From Eledone cirrhosa (taxonomy: Eukaryota), in the NCBI GenBank assembly GCA_964016885.1, contig OZ024766.1, forward strand, positions 13,330,001 through 13,394,000: a DNA stretch of 64,000 bases, written 5' to 3'. The notes beneath the pieces are model-generated. The model was given only the letters and a program-made list of their open reading frames with translations. It searched no databases and was not told the origin of the DNA. Below are positions 59,700-64,000 of this stretch, in pieces. Position numbers and translations under genes: made by a program. The first letter of the stretch is position 1; every line of letters starts with the position of its first letter.

Positions 59700-61630
59700 A
59701 CTTAAATGAATTCTCACCAACAGTGGAGTTCCTTCTGACAGCTAATAACATGAACTTAAATGAATTCTTACCAACATTGGAGTTACTTCTGACAGCTAGT
59801 ACCATGACTTAATTGAATTCTCACCAACAATGGAGTTACTTCTGACAGCTAATACCATGACTTAAATGAATTCTCACCAACAGTGGAGTTACTTCTGACA
59901 GCTAATACCATGAACTTAAATGAATTCTCACCAACTGTGGAGTTCCTTCTGACAGCTAATACCATGAACTTAAATGAATTCTCACCAACATTGGAGTTAC
60001 TTCTGACAGCTAGTACCATGAACTTAAATGAATTCTCACCAACAGTGGAGTTACTTCTGACAGCTAATACCATGAACTTAAAAGAATTCTCACCAACAGT
60101 GGCGTTCCTTCTGACAGCTAATACCATGAACTTAAATGAATTCTCACCAACAGTGGAGTTACTTCTGACAGCTAGTACCATGACTTAAATGAATTCTCAC
60201 CAACATTGGAGTTCCTTCTGACAGCTAATACCATGAACTTAAATGAATTCTCACCAACAGTGGAGTTCCTTCTGACAGCTAATACCATGAACTTAAATGA
60301 ATTCTCACCAACATTGGAGTTACTTCTGACAACTAATACCATGACTTAAATGAATTCTCACCAACAGTGGAGTTACTTCTGACAAACTAATACCATGAAC
60401 ATAAATGAATTCTCACCAACAGTGGAGTTACTTCTGACAGCTAATACCATGAACTTAAATGAATTCTCACCAACATTGGAGTGACTTCTGACAGCTAATA
60501 CCATGAACTTAAATGAATTCTCACCAACATTGGGGTTACTTCTGCCAGCTAGTACCATGAACTTAAATGAATTCTCACCAACAGTGGAGTGACTTCTGAC
60601 AGCTAATACCATGAACCTAAATGAATTCTCACCAACATTGGAGTGACTTCTGACAGCTAATACCATGAACTTAAATGAATTCTCACCAACAGTGGAGTTT
60701 CTTCTGACAGCTAGTACCATGAACTTAAATGAATTCTCACCAACAGTGGAGTTACTTCTGACAGCTAATACCATGAACTTAAATGAATTCTCAGCAACAG
60801 TGGAGTTCCTTCTGACAGCTAATACCATGAACTTAAATGAATTCTCACCAACATTGGAGTTACTTCTGACAGCTAATACCATGAACTTAAATGAATTCTC
60901 ACCAACAGTGGAGTTACTTCTGACAGCTAATACCATGAACTTAAATGAATTCTCACCAACAGTGGAGTTCCTTCTGACAGCTAATAACATGAACTTAAAT
61001 GAATTCTCACCAACATTGGAGTTACTTCTGACAGCTAGTACCATGACTTAATTGAATTCTCACCAACAATGGAGTTACTTCTGACAGCTAATACCATGAC
61101 TTAAATGAATTCTCACCAACAGTGGAGTTACTTCTGACAGCTAATACCATGAACTTAAATGAATTCTCACCAACTGTGGAGTTCCTTCTGACAGCTAATA
61201 CCATGAACTTAAATGAATTCTCACCCACATTGGAGTTACTTCTGACAGCTAGTACCATGAACTTAAATGAATTCTCACCAACAGTGGAGTTACTTCTGAC
61301 AGCTAATACCATGAACTTAAAAGAATTCTCACCAACAGTGGCGTTCCTTCTGACAGCTAATACCATGAACTTAAATGAATTCTCACCAACAGTGGAGTTA
61401 CTTCTGACAGCTAGTACCATGACTTAAATGAATTCTCACCAACATTGGAGTTCCTTCTGACAGCTAATACCATGAACTTAAATGAATTCTCACCAACAGT
61501 GGAGTTCCTTCTGACAGCTAATACCATGAACTTAAATGAATTCTCACCAACATTGGAGTTACTTCTGACAACTAATACCATGACTTAAATGAATTCTCAC
61601 CAACAGTGGAGTTACTTCTGACAAACTAAT
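59700..61630. repeat. Duplication of about 0.7 kb at offset 1239 bp (23 monomers)
   Basis: Private variants AATAACATG (59744/60983), AATTGAATTC (59811/61050), CAACTGTGG (59932/61171) and AAAAGAATTC (about 60080/61319). Confidence 0.85.
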
Positions 61631-61639
61631 ACCATGAAC

Positions 61640-63355
61640 TTAAATGAATTCTCACCAACAGTGGAGTTACTTCTGACAGCTAATACCATGAACTTAAACG
61701 AATTCTCACCAACAGTGGAGTTACTTCTGACAGCTAATACCATGAACTTAAACGAATTCTCACCAACAGTGGAGTTACTTCTGACAGCTAATACCATGAA
61801 CTTAAATGAATTCTCACCAACATTGGAGTTACTTCTGACAGCTAGTACCATGACTTAAATGAATTCTCACCAACATTGGAGTTACTTCTGACAGCTAATA
61901 CCATGACTTAAATGAATTCTCACCAACAGTGGAGTTACTTCTGACAGCTAATACCATGAACTTAAATGAATTCTCACCAACAGTGGATTTACTTCTGACA
62001 GCTAGTACCATGAACTTAAATGAATTCTCACCAACATTGGAGTTACTTCTGACAACTAATACCATGACTTAAATGAATTCTCACCAACAGTGGAGTTACT
62101 TCTGACAAACTAATACCATGAACTTAAATGAATTCTCACCAACAGTGGAGTTACTTCTGACAGCTAGTACCATGAACTTAAATGAATTCTCACCAACAGT
62201 GGAGTTACTTCTGACAGCTAATACCATGAACTTAAATGAATTCTCACCAACAGTGGAGTTACTTCTGACAGCTAATACCATGAACTTAAATGAATTCTCA
62301 CCAACATTGGAGTTACTTCTGACAGCTAATACCATGGCTTAACTGAATTCTCACCAACAGTGGAGTTACTTCTAACAGCTAATACCATGAACTTAAATGA
62401 ATTCTCACCAACATTGGAGTTACTTCTGACAGCTAGTACCATGACTTAAATGAATTCTCACCAACATTGGAGTTCCTTCTGACAGCTAATACCATGAACT
62501 TAAATGAATTCTCACCAACAGTGGAGTTACTTCTGACAGCTAATACCATGAACTTAAATGAATTCTCACCAACAGTGGAGTTACTTCTGACAGCTAATAC
62601 CATGAACTTAAACGAATTCTCACCAACAGTGGAGTTACTTCTGACAGCTAATACCATGAACTTAAACGAATTCTCACCAACAGTGGAGTTACTTCTGACA
62701 GCTAATACCATGAACTTAAATGAATTCTCACCAACATTGGAGTTACTTCTGACAGCTAGTACCATGACTTAAATGAATTCTCACCAACATTGGAGTTACT
62801 TCTGACAGCTAATACCATGACTTAAATGAATTCTCACCAACAGTGGAGTTACTTCTGACAGCTAATACCATGAACTTAAATGAATTCTCACCAACAGTGG
62901 ATTTACTTCTGACAGCTAGTACCATGAACTTAAATGAATTCTCACCAACATTGGAGTTACTTCTGACAACTAATACCATGAATTAAATGAATTCTCACCA
63001 ACAGTGGAGTTACTTCTGACAAACTAATACCATGAACTTAAATGAATTCTCACCAACAGTGGAGTTACTTCTGACAGCTAGTACCATGAACTTAAATGAA
63101 TTCTCACCAACAGTGGAGTTACTTCTGACAGCTAATACCATGAACTTAAATGAATTCTCACCAACAGTGGAGTTACTTCTGACAGCTAATACCATGAACT
63201 TAAATGAATTCTCACCAACATTGGAGTTACTTCTGACAGCTAATACCATGGCTTAACTGAATTCTCACCAACAGTGGAGTTACTTCTAACAGCTAATACC
63301 ATGAACTTAAATGAATTCTCACCAACATTGGAGTTACTTCTGACAGCTAGTACCA
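61640..63355. repeat. Tandem duplication, period 914 bp (17 monomers)
   Basis: AAACGAATTC (61696,61750 / 62610,62664), GGATTTA (61985/62899), ATGGCTTAACTG (62334/63248) and TTCTAACAG (62370/63284) are offset by 914. Confidence 0.88.
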
Positions 63356-64000
63356 TGAACTTAAATGAATTCTCACCAACAGTGGAGTTACTTCTGACAG
63401 CTAATACCATGAACTTAAATGAATTCTCACCAACAGTGGAGTTACTTCTGACAGCTAATACCATGAACTTAAATGAATTCTCACCAACAGTGGAGTTCAT
63501 TCTGACAGCTAATACCATGAACTTAAATGAATTCTCACCAACATTGGAGTTACTTCTGACAGCTAGTACCATGACTTAAATGAATTCTCACCAACATTGG
63601 AGTTACTTCTGACAGCTAGTACCATGACTTAAATGAATTCTCACCAACAATGGAGTTACTTCTGACAGCTAATACCATGACTTAAATGAATTCTCACCAA
63701 CAGTGGAGTTACTTCTGACAGCTAATACCATGAACTTAAATGAATTCTCACCAACAGTGGAGTTCCTTCTGACAGCTAATACCATGAACTTAAATGAATT
63801 CTCACCAACATTGGAGTTACTTCTGACAGCTAGTACCATGAACTTAAATGAATTCTCACCAACAGTGGAGTTACTTCTGACAGCTAATACCATGAACTTA
63901 AATGAATTCTCACCAACAGTGGCGTTCCTTCTGACAGCTAATACCATGAACTTAAATGAATTCTCACCAACAGTGGAGTTACTTCTGACAGCTAGTACCA

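Larger units (their letters stand above)
1..64000. repeat. 54-bp tandem satellite array, about 1,187 head-to-tail monomers, continuing past both window edges
   Basis: Consensus CAGCTAATACCATGAACTTAAATGAATTCTCACCAACAGTGGAGTTACTTCTGA recurs with mostly 0-3 differences per copy. The monomer start is at position 1 and again at 63989. 63988 = 1187x54 - 110, which matches my hand count of about 110 uncompensated 1-bp deletions (ATGAACTT>ATGACTT). Confidence 0.99.

Noticed and set aside
254-63947. All ORFs in the six-frame track as protein-coding genes
   Set aside because: They are translations of the 18-codon monomer, with no unique N- or C-terminal domains. About 110 uncompensated frameshifts interrupt them, the common GAGTGA allele is a stop in the plus frame, and most common variants are non-synonymous in both frames.
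1-64000. CRISPR array or other repeat-spacer or variable-cassette system
   Set aside because: There are no unique spacers: the entire 54 bp is repeated and variation is limited to a few shared SNVs and indels. No cas, recombinase or reverse transcriptase gene is present.
1-64000. Pure technical artefact (rolling-circle/MDA concatemer or synthetic construct)
   Set aside because: Variants are shared in nested, hierarchical blocks with regional allele sets. That is expected from evolutionary amplification, not from random errors on one template. Local copy-number misassembly cannot be excluded.
1-64000. Canonical telomeric repeat, rDNA, tRNA or 5S array
   Set aside because: There is no G-rich short telomere motif, and no recognisable rRNA/tRNA sequence or Pol III box structure in the monomer.

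Overview
The whole 64-kb window is one uninterrupted head-to-tail tandem array (satellite DNA) of a 54-bp monomer, consensus CAGCTAATACCATGAACTTAAATGAATTCTCACCAACAGTGGAGTTACTTCTGA (37% GC, one EcoRI and one AluI site, no CpG). By manual count it holds about 1,187 monomers, all in one orientation, and it runs off both ends of the window. I saw no unique sequence, inversion, transposon insertion, RNA gene, CRISPR spacer or credible gene. All ORFs in the track arise because the 54-bp (18-codon) monomer happens to lack a stop in one frame on each strand. Roughly 110 uncompensated 1-bp deletions break those frames. The real information lies in the order of monomer variants: recurring 4-, 6-, 8- and 21-monomer cassettes, nested recent duplications (periods 753, 914, 1133, 1239, 1402, 1944, 2371 and 3237 bp), long-range copies, a +1 insertion always paired with a -1 deletion, and rising divergence toward the 3' end. 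This layout is typical of a eukaryotic centromeric, pericentromeric or subtelomeric satellite. I cannot name the family or organism, and I found no evidence for a novel multi-gene system. Counts and block boundaries were done by eye and are approximate.
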